Shown piece by piece: positions 42,939-53,063 of a stretch of 64,000 bases of DNA. The position numbers and the translations under genes were made by a program. Each line of letters opens with the position of its first letter. The stretch's first letter is position 1. The notes under the pieces were generated by a model. It saw only the letters and a program-made list of their open reading frames with translations. It was not told where the DNA came from and searched no databases. Source of the DNA: Candidatus Nanoarchaeia archaeon (GTDB lineage Bacteria; Patescibacteriota; Microgenomatia; Woykebacterales; RBG-16-39-9b); contig DATBWR010000004.1 in assembly GCA_036514715.1 (NCBI GenBank), positions 9,147 through 73,146 on the forward strand. Direction: 5' to 3'.

Positions 42939-44191
42939 TTGACATTAAAGAAATCCGGGAAAATAAAGATAAAGTAACTCGGCAACTAGCCAAAAAAGCT
43001 TTTTCTATTAATCTTGATTATCTTCTTGAGATTGATAACGAGCGGCTCCGGCTGATCCAAGAAGTGGATAGCCTGCGTACCAAAAGAAACGAGGCTGCGA
43101 AATCGCGTGACATTGACAAGGGCCGGGAAACAAAAGAAAAACTGGAGAAAGCTGAAAGAGCTCTTTCTGCAGTCGAAGAGGAGTTTAAAACCGTGCTTTA
43201 TAGAGTACCTAACCCTCCTTTGGAAGACGTTCCGGTTGGAGATGAAACTCACAACAAAGTTCTCAAAATTGTTGGGGAGCTGCCGAAGTTTAAATTTACC
43301 CCCAAAGATCACGTAGAAATTGGAGAAGATTTAGGCATTATTGATATCCCAAGAGCAGCCAAAGTTTCCGGAACCCGCTTTGCTTACCTTAAGGGGGACG
43401 GAGTTTTATTAGAGCTAGCTTTGGTGAACTACGCTTTCAGGAAACTTTCCCAAAAGGGGTTTGTACCGGTTTTACCACCGGCGATGATTAAACAGGAAAT
43501 TACTGAAGGTTTGGGCTATTGGCAAGCTGGTGGCAACGAAAACTACTATCTGGTCAGAAATGCCGATGTTTATGCAGACGAGGAAGGTTTGGGTTTATAT
43601 CTGATTGGAACCGGAGAGCACTCGGTTGTTCCCATGCACAAAGACGAAGTTTTTGAGGCAAGCGATCTACCTAAAAAATACGCAGCTTTTTCACCCTGTT
43701 TCCGTCTGGAGGCTGGCTCTTACGGTAAAGATACCCACGGGATCTTAAGAGTCCACCAGTTTGATAAAGTAGAAATGGTTGCTTTTGTGAAGGGCGAAGA
43801 CGATGAAAAAGTAAGAGGAGAAATGCTTACTTTAGTCGAGGAGATCATGGGCGACTTGAAACTCCCTTACCAAGTCGTCAAATTGGCAAGCGGAGATTTG
43901 AGTTTTCCGGCCGCCCAAACCACTGATATTGAAACTTGGATCCCTTCGCAGGAGAAATACCGGGAAACCCACTCAATTTCAACCACAACGGACTTTCAGG
44001 CTAAAAGGCTGAATATAAAGTACGCTCAAGGAGCTAATAAGGATTTTGTTCACATTCTCAACGGTACCGCTATCGCTCTCGGCCGGACAATAATCGCCAT
44101 TTTAGAAAATTACCAACAAGAAGACGGTAGCGTAGCCGTGCCAGAGGTTTTGCGTGAGTATCTTTCTAAAGACGTTATTTCAAGGGGTTAG
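42935..44191 (+). CDS. serS: seryl-tRNA synthetase
   Basis: N-terminal coiled coil plus class II motifs FRLEAGSYGKDTHGILRVHQFDKVE. Confidence 0.9.
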   Translation: MIDIKEIRENKDKVTRQLAKKAFSINLDYLLEIDNERLRLIQEVDSLRTKRNEAAKSRDIDKGRETKEKLEKAERALSAVEEEFKTVLYRVPNPPLEDVPVGDETHNKVLKIVGELPKFKFTPKDHVEIGEDLGIIDIPRAAKVSGTRFAYLKGDGVLLELALVNYAFRKLSQKGFVPVLPPAMIKQEITEGLGYWQAGGNENYYLVRNADVYADEEGLGLYLIGTGEHSVVPMHKDEVFEASDLPKKYAAFSPCFRLEAGSYGKDTHGILRVHQFDKVEMVAFVKGEDDEKVRGEMLTLVEEIMGDLKLPYQVVKLASGDLSFPAAQTTDIETWIPSQEKYRETHSISTTTDFQAKRLNIKYAQGANKDFVHILNGTAIALGRTIIAILENYQQEDGSVAVPEVLREYLSKDVISRG

Positions 44192-44798
44192 TCCCTACAA
44201 CGGTGAGGTTAAAGTTGTTGAAAGCTTTGGCGAAAGAAGGCTGATTGCCTCTTCCTATACTCAGTCCCGTAGTCTCAATAAGAAAGGAAAAACAGCCTCC
44301 TACTGGGATGGGTTCGTCAATAATCTACCTCCTGTAAGTAGAGATGGTCGGATCCTCATTTTGGGTTTAGCCGGTGGGACGATCGCTAAACTGATAACCG
44401 CCAAATTTGGCCCGGTCGCTATTGATGGAGTTGATATCGACCCGCTGATGGTTGACCTGGGCCGCAAATACCTAGACTTCAAAGAAAAGAACGTCAACGT
44501 GATTATCGCCGATGCCTTAAAGTTTGTTGATGAGACTCGTTATAAATACGATATTGTCTGCGTGGATTTGTTTGCGCGGGGCGATGTGGCGGTGGGTACA
44601 GAATCGTCGGAATTTTTTGAAAAAACAAAAAGACTTCTTACTGAAAATGGGGTGGTGGTTGTCAACAAACTTTATAGCACCAGAGAAGCTCTGGAAGGAT
44701 ATTTAGATTTCTTGCACCAAATTTTTGGAAAAACTAACGTGTTAATGGTACGCAACAGTTTTCGTAACGAGAATGTCATCGTTTATGCCCATAGGTAA
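44154..44798 (+). CDS. spermidine-synthase-like SAM-dependent methyltransferase-fold protein
   Basis: ILILGLAGGTIAKLI...VDGVDIDPLMVDLGRKYL. Confidence 0.5.
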   Translation: MSIFLKTLFQGVSPYNGEVKVVESFGERRLIASSYTQSRSLNKKGKTASYWDGFVNNLPPVSRDGRILILGLAGGTIAKLITAKFGPVAIDGVDIDPLMVDLGRKYLDFKEKNVNVIIADALKFVDETRYKYDIVCVDLFARGDVAVGTESSEFFEKTKRLLTENGVVVVNKLYSTREALEGYLDFLHQIFGKTNVLMVRNSFRNENVIVYAHR

Positions 44799-45627
44799 CC
44801 TTTCAGAAATCTTCCAAGCAGCTATTCTCGGTATCATCCAAGGGGTGACTGAGTTCCTACCAATTTCTTCCTCCGGCCATCTTTTTTTAGTAACAGAGAT
44901 TTTGGGTTGGGAGGGAGTGGTTAACTCTCTTTCGTTTGATCTTGCTTTGCACGTAGGTACAAGCGCGGCTGTGGTTTTGTTTTTCTGGAGAGATTTTTGG
45001 CGAATGATAAAAGCGTTTGTGGACAACTTGCCAAGAGGATTAAAGGGAGTTTGGGGGGATGAGCAGTCCCGACTTTTAATTTTTATTGTGGTCGGCTCAG
45101 TACCAGCCGGCGTAATTGGATTTTTGTTCGAAGATTTCTTTACAACTGAGGCCCGCAATCTACCACTGGTCGCCCTTACCTTAATTTTTTTCGGTCTACT
45201 TCTTTACTTGGGTGATCGTTTAGGTCGAAAAGACAGACAGATCAAAGGTCTTACTTTTCTCGACAGCCTTTTTATTGGTTTAGCTCAAAGTTTGGCTTTA
45301 GTTCCCGGTGTTTCCCGCTCAGGCATTACCATTACTTCTGGATTGTTTCGCAACTTGGACCGAGAGGCCTCAACCCGGTTTTCGTTTTTGCTCTCTACCC
45401 CGGCAATTTTGGGAGCTTCGATTTTAAAATTGCCGGAAATTACCAATAGTGCTTTGGGAGGTTCGTCGCAAACTTTTCTTTTTGTCGGGGTTTTGACAGC
45501 CGCAGTCTCTGGATTTTTAGCAATCAAAGTGCTCTTGAACTTTATAATGTCCAACAATTTCACTATTTTTGTAATCTATAGAGTTGTCTTAGGATTAGCG
45601 GTTCTGGCGGTGGCTATTGGTATTTAG
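44773..45627 (+). CDS. uppP: undecaprenyl-diphosphatase
   Basis: EFLPISSSGHLFLV and 7-8 TM helices. Confidence 0.9.
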   Translation: MSSFMPIGNLSEIFQAAILGIIQGVTEFLPISSSGHLFLVTEILGWEGVVNSLSFDLALHVGTSAAVVLFFWRDFWRMIKAFVDNLPRGLKGVWGDEQSRLLIFIVVGSVPAGVIGFLFEDFFTTEARNLPLVALTLIFFGLLLYLGDRLGRKDRQIKGLTFLDSLFIGLAQSLALVPGVSRSGITITSGLFRNLDREASTRFSFLLSTPAILGASILKLPEITNSALGGSSQTFLFVGVLTAAVSGFLAIKVLLNFIMSNNFTIFVIYRVVLGLAVLAVAIGI

Positions 45628-45895
45628 GTTCAAGGGCTTTGGCCTTCCGACCAAGGGCAAAGTTGAGAGCATGAGTAACTGCTAGACCCACCCGGATGCC
45701 AGTGTAAGAGCCAGGCCCGACCTTTGCGGAAAAGCTGTCAATCTCCTTAAGTTTAAGACCGGCTTTTTTCAAGGCTGCCTCGATAGCAGCTAGGGGTGAG
45801 TCTTTGGTGATTGTGACCAAAACCTTGCCGTCTTCTTTAATTTCGACCTTGGCTTCTTTGGCGACCGTGGTGTCTAAAAGTAGCTCTTTACTCAT
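45614..45895 (-). CDS. minimal TsaB/YeaZ-like protein (N-terminal half only, 93 aa)
   Basis: LLLDTT...KVGPGSYTGIRVGLAVTHALNFALG. Bounded on both sides, so a full-length version cannot fit. Confidence 0.55.
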   Translation of the reverse strand: MSKELLLDTTVAKEAKVEIKEDGKVLVTITKDSPLAAIEAALKKAGLKLKEIDSFSAKVGPGSYTGIRVGLAVTHALNFALGRKAKALEPKYQ

Positions 45896-48129
45896 ATTTT
45901 GGGAACAGAGGCAGCGAAGTTTTTCTTTTCACTCTCTTGTCTCATTTCGTCCAAAACTGATCTTTCTGCGATCCTTAAAGTGAAAATAAAACTAGAGCCT
46001 TTACCAACCTCACTTTTTACCCAAATTTTGCCACCTAAGAGTTCGACGTAATTTTTAGTAATGTAAAGCCCTAAGCCCGTCCCCCCGCTGGTAGCAGCAG
46101 CAGCGTAAGAGTTTTCCAAACGTCCGTACTTGGTGAAGAGCTTATCGATTCCCTCCTTGGTCATACCGACTCCGGTGTCAGTTACTGAGATTTCCACAAA
46201 ACCAGCCTCTTGAGAAAGAGAAGATTTAACGGTAATTTTACCTTTTTCAGGAGTAAATTTAATGGCGTTGCCAACCAAATTTTGGAGAATTTCCGGGAAG
46301 CGCTGCTTATCTAAAATAACCTTGGGTAATTTAGGTTGTTCTTCATAGGTAAGGACGATCTTCTTCTCATCCGTCTTGGAAGCGATTTCCGCAAAAACTT
46401 GGTCCACGAGTGGTTTCAGGGCGGCTTCTTCAAAATTAAGCTGCACCCTGCCAGCCTCAATTCGAGAGACATTAAGAAGATCGTTGATCAAAGCGATCAT
46501 GCGTTCGGAACTGGTGTAGGAAACATCCAAATAATGCTTGAGCTTTTCGTTTTTAATCTCTCCGGCCCGGCCGTTTAAGGCCATCCACAAGTAACTTTTA
46601 ATCGCGGTCATAGGAGTGCGTAAATCATGAGAGGCAATGGAGAGAAATTCGTCTTTGAGCTTATCAATTTCCTTAAGAGCCTCGTTGGCTTTCTTCAGTT
46701 CACGAGTAGCCCTCTCTACCTGTTCTTTCAAAGTGATGTTGAAGCGGCGGATTTTTTCAACGGACTTTGCATTTTCAAAAGAGATGGCAGCCTCAGGTGA
46801 AAAGATCTCAAGAACTTTAATGTCTTTGGATGAATAAATCTCGCCAGAAGCTTTTTCCCCTAAGAGCAAAACTCCAACGTGGTCAATCTGAGTTTTCAGA
46901 GGGATAACTACAGTCACGTCCAGCCGCCGCAACAGTTCTTTGGTCGCACCTTCCTCAAGATCCTCAAAAACCAGGTTTTTGTCAATGGCTTCTAGTGAAA
47001 AGACATCTTTTTCGGAAAAAGAAGGCTCTTTTTTGTAGCCAGAAGTTTCACTAACAAAGATTTTGCCGGCATCGGTTAGAACAAAGGCGCCGCGGGTGAT
47101 GCGCATTTGGGCCAAAATTTTCTCAAGCAGTTTGTGGGCAATATCATCGATTAAAATCGTTTCCGCCATGGTTCTTGTAAGGTCAGAAAGCAGCACAGTA
47201 GACTCGTAATCCTCTTTAAAGAAGATCCGATCAGTAACGTGCTCAAAGAAGCGCCGTAGAGGTTGGAAGGTGAAGGCCACGACTAAAGTTAGTGAAGCGT
47301 AAATTAGTAGCTGTGCCGTAGAAGTAGTAGTTCTGAAAAGGAAGTTAGTAAGTAGAACAGTTGACCCAATGTAAAAAATTGCAATCGAGAAAACCAAAAG
47401 TGAGTAAGCCACCGTCCTCGCCACCACCAGCCGAATATCCAGCAACCGGTGCCTGACAATAGCATAAGCGGTTGCACCAAGAAAGAGCACAAAACCGTAA
47501 ATTCCTAAGCGGGTTATAGCTGGTGTAACGTTAATTAACTGAGGAAGCACTACGTTAGTCAAAACTGCTATAACTGAGGTTGAAATTAGTCCTAGCAAGA
47601 CGTAAAAAGTTTGAGACTTCTCGACTCCCACTAGAGTTTTAAACTTTATGAAAAGAGCAACCGCACTAATTAAAACTACGTATAAGAAAGAGTAGACCGA
47701 AAACAAGTCTCCTAAGGGTCCGTAGGTAAATTTAACCCTATTTCCAACTATTTCTACATAGGCGATTAAGTCTGTAAAAGAAAGAACTATTAAAAGCAGA
47801 GTTGGTATGAATAACAACAAATCTCTTTTCACGTGTAACTTTGCTTTAGGAAAGTTTAGCGAGAAAAGTAAGAACACATAGGCTATTAGGGACGCACTTG
47901 CGTAGTCCAAGCTCTTAAGGAGGTTTATTACAGATCTCCCAAAAGTCTCATCTTCGGAGAAACTGACAAAAGACCAAAAAGCCATTAAGAGGGATAGGGC
48001 AGCAAAAAGCCTGTTAGTCCAGTTCTTTGGATTTCTAGTAATTACTAGAAGACCAAGGAGAAGGTTAGCAACAATTATCGAAACCGCAAGTATTAAATCA
48101 AGACGCATCTTGGCTAGGTTTTTCTCCAA
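45892..48129 (-). CDS. sensor histidine kinase with large polytopic N-terminal domain
   Basis: About 10 TM helices, coiled coil, H-box SIASHDLRTPMTAIKSY. N/G boxes LVGNAIKFT, DTGVGM, GTGLGLYITKN. Confidence 0.85.
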   Translation of the reverse strand: MEKNLAKMRLDLILAVSIIVANLLLGLLVITRNPKNWTNRLFAALSLLMAFWSFVSFSEDETFGRSVINLLKSLDYASASLIAYVFLLFSLNFPKAKLHVKRDLLLFIPTLLLIVLSFTDLIAYVEIVGNRVKFTYGPLGDLFSVYSFLYVVLISAVALFIKFKTLVGVEKSQTFYVLLGLISTSVIAVLTNVVLPQLINVTPAITRLGIYGFVLFLGATAYAIVRHRLLDIRLVVARTVAYSLLVFSIAIFYIGSTVLLTNFLFRTTTSTAQLLIYASLTLVVAFTFQPLRRFFEHVTDRIFFKEDYESTVLLSDLTRTMAETILIDDIAHKLLEKILAQMRITRGAFVLTDAGKIFVSETSGYKKEPSFSEKDVFSLEAIDKNLVFEDLEEGATKELLRRLDVTVVIPLKTQIDHVGVLLLGEKASGEIYSSKDIKVLEIFSPEAAISFENAKSVEKIRRFNITLKEQVERATRELKKANEALKEIDKLKDEFLSIASHDLRTPMTAIKSYLWMALNGRAGEIKNEKLKHYLDVSYTSSERMIALINDLLNVSRIEAGRVQLNFEEAALKPLVDQVFAEIASKTDEKKIVLTYEEQPKLPKVILDKQRFPEILQNLVGNAIKFTPEKGKITVKSSLSQEAGFVEISVTDTGVGMTKEGIDKLFTKYGRLENSYAAAATSGGTGLGLYITKNYVELLGGKIWVKSEVGKGSSFIFTLRIAERSVLDEMRQESEKKNFAASVPKI

Positions 48130-48907
48130 CTACTATAAGTGAGTACCCTAAGCTAGGAAAAAGTTTCCCCAAAGTTTGGAATTCAAGGTTCAAAAACTTT
48201 TTCGTTAAAGATCTGTTGAGTTGAAACACTTTTTTAACTAAAGGAACCTCGGGAAAATAGGTTAAACCGAAAATTCTTACGTTATTAAACTCTTTAAAGA
48301 GTTTCTTTAGTTTTGGAGCAGAATAAAAATAGACTGGTATGGCTGGTGGTTCACCTTTACTATAATTTCTTATTTTATACGGTCTGAAACTACTAATATA
48401 TTCAGGATTTAGATGGAAAAGCGAAGAAAGAATGTTTCTTAGAGAATACTGTGAGTAGAACATAAAGATAAACTTACCGCCAGGCTTGAGGGCCTGATAG
48501 ACCTCAGCGACAAGATTGTTGATGTCAGTTGAGTGAGAAAGTGATCCATAAAAAGATACCATATTATCAAAAGAGTTGGGTTCTAGCTTAATTTTATCGA
48601 AATCTTCGTTTAAGAACTGAGCGTTTGGGTGTAATTTTTTGGCTTTCTTTACCATCTCGAATGAGATGTCCACACCCACGTACCTTTTTGCCGGTACAAC
48701 TTGGTACCCAAAGCCAGTTCCGGACCCGAGATCTAAAACATTTTCAGGTTGGCTGCTGTGTTGTAAAAATTTACTAGTAAGTTTGCTGACTAAGTCATCT
48801 TCAGCCCCACTGATAAAATCGTGGTACAAATTATCATAGTCAGCAGTAACGTTGTTGTAATAAGTTTTAGTGGCGTTTTTTAAGACGGTCGCGATAGAGG
48901 GATACAC
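48098..48907 (-). CDS. class I SAM-dependent methyltransferase
   Basis: VLDLGSGTGFG...LKPGGKFIF. Confidence 0.7.
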   Translation of the reverse strand: MYPSIATVLKNATKTYYNNVTADYDNLYHDFISGAEDDLVSKLTSKFLQHSSQPENVLDLGSGTGFGYQVVPAKRYVGVDISFEMVKKAKKLHPNAQFLNEDFDKIKLEPNSFDNMVSFYGSLSHSTDINNLVAEVYQALKPGGKFIFMFYSQYSLRNILSSLFHLNPEYISSFRPYKIRNYSKGEPPAIPVYFYSAPKLKKLFKEFNNVRIFGLTYFPEVPLVKKVFQLNRSLTKKFLNLEFQTLGKLFPSLGYSLIVVGEKPSQDAS

Positions 48908-48977
48908 TCTTTAATTTTAACATAAGGCTTTTACCTAAGAAAAAGGGCTACCTCCTTTTAGAGAAGTAGCCCCTTGG

Positions 48978-50363
48978 TTACTTATAGAGTACGCGCTTAG
49001 TTATGGCGTTGCCGAACAGAGCGATGAAGGGACGTCTGAGAAACCCAGGGATGATGTAGAGCGGGTTCTGACGTCTCAGGATCACTCCCACAGGTGGGTC
49101 ATCACGCAGGTAGTAATTGGTTTCCACCCTCACTTGGGTGAAGTCCAAACCGCGGTAATATTCCAGCTCTGTGTCGGCGTATGCCTCACTCTTTCTCCAT
49201 GGTGACCAGTTAGGATCGATCGCTTTTCTCACGTCACCCACAGTCAGGGTGGCGTATTCCTGAGGAGTTGGTGCGCGACGTCCGGATTGACAGTAGAGCG
49301 AGCAGATGTTCTTGTAATCCGGAACTCTGCTTCCGACCAAGACTTGTCTGTATCTTGAAAGAAGCAGTAGGAAAGTCTGGGCAACGATTACAGTACTGGC
49401 TCCAGTTATGCTGTACCTTGGCGGGACGCTAAGGGTTATTCCCCAAAGGTCCTTGCCAGATTTGTTAGTGCCAAACCTGTCAGCGATGCCATCGAAGTTA
49501 ACTGCAGGTTTTTGCAGAATCTCCTTGGCGTCGCAGGGAGTTGCCATACCGACAGCAATTACTCTTCCCAACCTGTTGCGAGCGACGATCACTCCGTCTG
49601 GGAAGGAACGTATCCTTTGGGCGTAAGTTTCAGCCGATCGTTCATGCCCCCTACCCCAAGCCAGACGTTCAACCGAGGCGATGTCTGGTGCATCCTCGAT
49701 TCGCGCTAGGCCGGCGGTGATTTCAGCTCTTTCTACCCTTGTGAACAGAAGCGGCCGGCTCCCCTCTCGCAAGAAAGGCGGCCTAAGGTTGGCCTCCACT
49801 ACATAGGCTTCCATCACGAACCAGAGGCCGTAAGTCAAGACCAAGTCAAAGATCACCAGACCGAGCCCAAAAGCAGGGAGACCTTCGTAACCAGCAACCA
49901 GTACGTAGGTCAAAGGTAATCCGGCAAAGAGGCGGTTAAGCCGACCAAGCCAGACCGTCAGTTTTGACGAAAGCCTCAAGTCAATAAGGCTCAGATTGTA
50001 GGCTGACCAGAGACCCCAGAAGAGCCCTGCTGGCCACCGAAGTGGGTTTTTCTTGAGGTTTTCTAAAGCCTTACTCGCGTAGGGTGGCCAGACCGACCTT
50101 TCTACAGAAAAGATCCATATTAGGGTTATCGTCAGAACTGACTCTGAGATGATTAGCAGAGTTCCGTAGAACACTACGTTTACGCCGTAGGGCTCAAGAG
50201 TCTCTACCTCAATTGCCTTCTCCACGATGTAGCCTAGTACGACAAAGTACAGAACAAGACCCAGAAGAAGGGCCTTGTTTATCCAGGATTTAGCTCTCTC
50301 GTTTAACACAATCCTCTCCTTGTTTTTGATTTTTGTACAATTAAATTGTGGTGTGCCAATCAA
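48978..50363 (-). CDS. hypothetical polytopic membrane protein with C-terminal soluble domain (GC-rich island)
   Basis: 461 aa with about 5 N-terminal TM helices; ~52% GC. Confidence 0.5.
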   Translation of the reverse strand: MIGTPQFNCTKIKNKERIVLNERAKSWINKALLLGLVLYFVVLGYIVEKAIEVETLEPYGVNVVFYGTLLIISESVLTITLIWIFSVERSVWPPYASKALENLKKNPLRWPAGLFWGLWSAYNLSLIDLRLSSKLTVWLGRLNRLFAGLPLTYVLVAGYEGLPAFGLGLVIFDLVLTYGLWFVMEAYVVEANLRPPFLREGSRPLLFTRVERAEITAGLARIEDAPDIASVERLAWGRGHERSAETYAQRIRSFPDGVIVARNRLGRVIAVGMATPCDAKEILQKPAVNFDGIADRFGTNKSGKDLWGITLSVPPRYSITGASTVIVAQTFLLLLSRYRQVLVGSRVPDYKNICSLYCQSGRRAPTPQEYATLTVGDVRKAIDPNWSPWRKSEAYADTELEYYRGLDFTQVRVETNYYLRDDPPVGVILRRQNPLYIIPGFLRRPFIALFGNAITKRVLYK

Positions 50364-50459
50364 TTATATACTATAGGACCAAGTTTGTCTAAATTTTATA
50401 GAAAAAGAAAAAGACCCGCGAGGTTTGAAAACCTTTTGGGTCTTTGGTGATCTCTCTGT

Positions 50460-50783
50460 TTGCCAAGCGCCTCTCTCGAATGCTACTATTTCTTAAGAGC
50501 CATGAACGCCCTAAAGAAACTGCCTTGGTACATCCTCCCAATCCTCTGGGGCCTACTTACGCTTCCCCTTACGTGGGCTGTGATGTGGATTACTTCCTTC
50601 CTGTTTTCTGGAGATAGTAATCTTTGGGTTGCTGCTTACGGAGTTCTAGTATGGGCATTTGTACTAGCAACTCTTCTCGTCTGTCTAGGTAGTGCCTTAA
50701 CTGCTCCAGAAAAACGACTGCGCTCCCTTGGGTTAACCATTTTCGTTGTCATCGCGACAATTGCAATCCTTTCTTCAATTTAG
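50460..50783 (+). CDS. small membrane protein (GC-rich island)
   Basis: 107 aa, 3 hydrophobic helices. Confidence 0.4.
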   Translation: MPSASLECYYFLRAMNALKKLPWYILPILWGLLTLPLTWAVMWITSFLFSGDSNLWVAAYGVLVWAFVLATLLVCLGSALTAPEKRLRSLGLTIFVVIATIAILSSI

Positions 50784-52834
50784 GGAGCGTAGTTCGTCTG
50801 CGAACCTACCAAATCTTGAGCTATTCGCAGCCTCACTTGTTCTGCTACGATCTTACCGACACTTGCCTGATCACTGGGACCTAGAAGTACGAAACTGTGG
50901 GTTTCAGCGACATCACTGTATCCACAAGTCTCTACCGAGCGCTGATCACCACAATTTGGCAGAAAGTTGACTTCGATTCGAGTTTCAGGTTTGACGAACT
51001 GCGTGTCCGCGTAGTCGGACCTACCCCAAGATGTAGGGGTATCGAAGAAGTTGTAGGGTGAGCATAAACTCGGACTCCACAGGCAATCACCTGAATTCCC
51101 GATGTTCCAGACCAGAGTGCCGCTTTCAATCGCAATGTCCTCGAAGATTTGGTTGAAGAGAAGCGCGCGACTTTCCTCAACCTGATCTTGAAGCCTTTTC
51201 TTAACCGGTCCGGTATAAAGCTCGAGGACACTTTTAGTTGCCTTGCTCGTAGCAAACCTAAGTAGGCATGGAAGTGGTAGATCACCTAGGTTAGTGGCTA
51301 AGTTTGCTACCCAATCACCGTTGACTCCGTTTAGTGGGGAGTCAATGGTGATGACGCCGGCCATTGGTAGAGCCGAACGATCCTCCAAACCTCGTTCGTT
51401 GATCGCTTGAGCCATTGCCTGGAAAGCTACCAACCCACCAAAACTGTGACCAACCAGGTAGATCTGGTAGTTTGGCTTAGCTTCTTTCAGCTGCCGGACT
51501 GCTTTGAGCAGTTGTTTTGCCGGCCGGTCGTACTTGTGAGCAGTTACGTCCTGACAACCGTAGTTGGCAGGAACCCATTCTCCGGTCCGTTTCTTGACCT
51601 TAACGTCCTTGTAGGAAAATTCAAGGAAGTCGCCCTCTGCGAAGCCAACTTCCCGCAGTTCCTGTTTGATCTTCCCGAAAGGCTCCTCATCGCCTGCATC
51701 TGATCCACAGGATTCCCCATACTCGGACCCGTCAGTTAGGCAGCTGGCGTAACCTTGAACGAAGATAACGATCTTCCTTGCGTCCGACGGCCCCGGTGTT
51801 GGGATCGGAGTTGGTGTCGGGGTTGGCGTTGGTGGGATCGTAAACGAACGGAAGCCCTCTACCTTAAAGACGCTGTTGTTGGTATCGTCAGTGAAAAAGA
51901 GGGTACCCGCCTCATCAACAGCAACATCACCAGGACCGATCTGGGCTTCCAGCAGTGCGCAGCCAGTATCGAAACTGACGCAAGTTCCTCCACCAACCAC
52001 CACTTGTGGCGAACCACCTCCTACCAGACTGTAGATTAGACCCAGCCCGGAGGAGGAATTTTCCGCAGCAATGAGAAACTCATTTCCGAGAACTTCCAAA
52101 CCGATAAAGCGTTCGCTGACCGGAGTTGAAAGCGACTGAACCTGCCCGCCGGTGATTGCCATCACCCTTCCTCCACCGGAAGCGCAAGGGTCAGTGACTA
52201 GGTAGAGTATACCTCCGGCAAATTCCGTGTCTCGTACGCAGCCAAGACCGGCCTGCGTTGCTAGAGTACCGTTTGGACTGATGCTTGGGTCGCCAGTGCC
52301 GGCGAAATGGGTTACCGTGCCGCCTGAGTTGACTTTGTAGATCTTGGCGTTATCGAGCTGGGCGTAGATGTCGCCGGTTGTTTCATCAACTGCCACTGAC
52401 CAGACGTTGGAAGGCAGTTGGGCGAGAGTGGAAATGTTGCCATCTGTACCGACAATCCGAACACGGTTGTTGGAGTAGTCGCCAATGATCACTCGTCCGT
52501 CGGCGAGGACTTGCACATCACGCACATCGTCCAGCTGGGCGTTGACTGCTGGGCCGCCGTCGCCGGAAAAGCCTGGGCTAAAATTGCCCGCAACCAACTC
52601 AACCGTTCCGTTGGGGAGTACCTTTTGGACCACACTGTTGCAGCGGTCGGCAAAATACACCGCTCCGTCGGGTCCAACGTCAACTCCGGTTGGGCAACCG
52701 AACACTGCTGCTAGACGAACAACCATCGGCTCGGCTGCTTGGGAACTCGCAAGCAGTTGTCCAAAGACAACTGGCAGCAGAACCAAAAGGACCAACCAGA
52801 CCAGACGCGTTACCTGCGTGGTTTTCCTGAACAC
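50780..52834 (-). CDS. secreted NHL-repeat beta-propeller / Pro-Thr linker / alpha-beta-hydrolase (lipase-esterase) fusion
   Basis: Signal peptide. NHL-like repeats GPDGAVYFADRCNSVVQKV and NNRVRIVGTDGN. Linker PPTPTPTPTPIPTPGP. Nucleophile elbow YLVGHSFGGLVA. Confidence 0.7.
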   Translation of the reverse strand: MFRKTTQVTRLVWLVLLVLLPVVFGQLLASSQAAEPMVVRLAAVFGCPTGVDVGPDGAVYFADRCNSVVQKVLPNGTVELVAGNFSPGFSGDGGPAVNAQLDDVRDVQVLADGRVIIGDYSNNRVRIVGTDGNISTLAQLPSNVWSVAVDETTGDIYAQLDNAKIYKVNSGGTVTHFAGTGDPSISPNGTLATQAGLGCVRDTEFAGGILYLVTDPCASGGGRVMAITGGQVQSLSTPVSERFIGLEVLGNEFLIAAENSSSGLGLIYSLVGGGSPQVVVGGGTCVSFDTGCALLEAQIGPGDVAVDEAGTLFFTDDTNNSVFKVEGFRSFTIPPTPTPTPTPIPTPGPSDARKIVIFVQGYASCLTDGSEYGESCGSDAGDEEPFGKIKQELREVGFAEGDFLEFSYKDVKVKKRTGEWVPANYGCQDVTAHKYDRPAKQLLKAVRQLKEAKPNYQIYLVGHSFGGLVAFQAMAQAINERGLEDRSALPMAGVITIDSPLNGVNGDWVANLATNLGDLPLPCLLRFATSKATKSVLELYTGPVKKRLQDQVEESRALLFNQIFEDIAIESGTLVWNIGNSGDCLWSPSLCSPYNFFDTPTSWGRSDYADTQFVKPETRIEVNFLPNCGDQRSVETCGYSDVAETHSFVLLGPSDQASVGKIVAEQVRLRIAQDLVGSQTNYAP

Positions 52835-53063
52835 TTCTCTATCCTTTCTGAACTATTGGCTATTTTCGATTATGTAAAAGTGCTTAACGATCAGCCGCAT
52901 TTTCTCATTTGCCTTGCTTGGTTGTCAAAGCTTCTTTCTCAATAAACTTGACTATGAGTGCCTGAAATGGTAAGAAAGACTGCAAGGTAGAGACTACTGG
53001 CTTTACCTTCACCCCGCACAAAAAATACACGGCAAAGCCGTTACTAGAAGGGGAGCAGAGATC

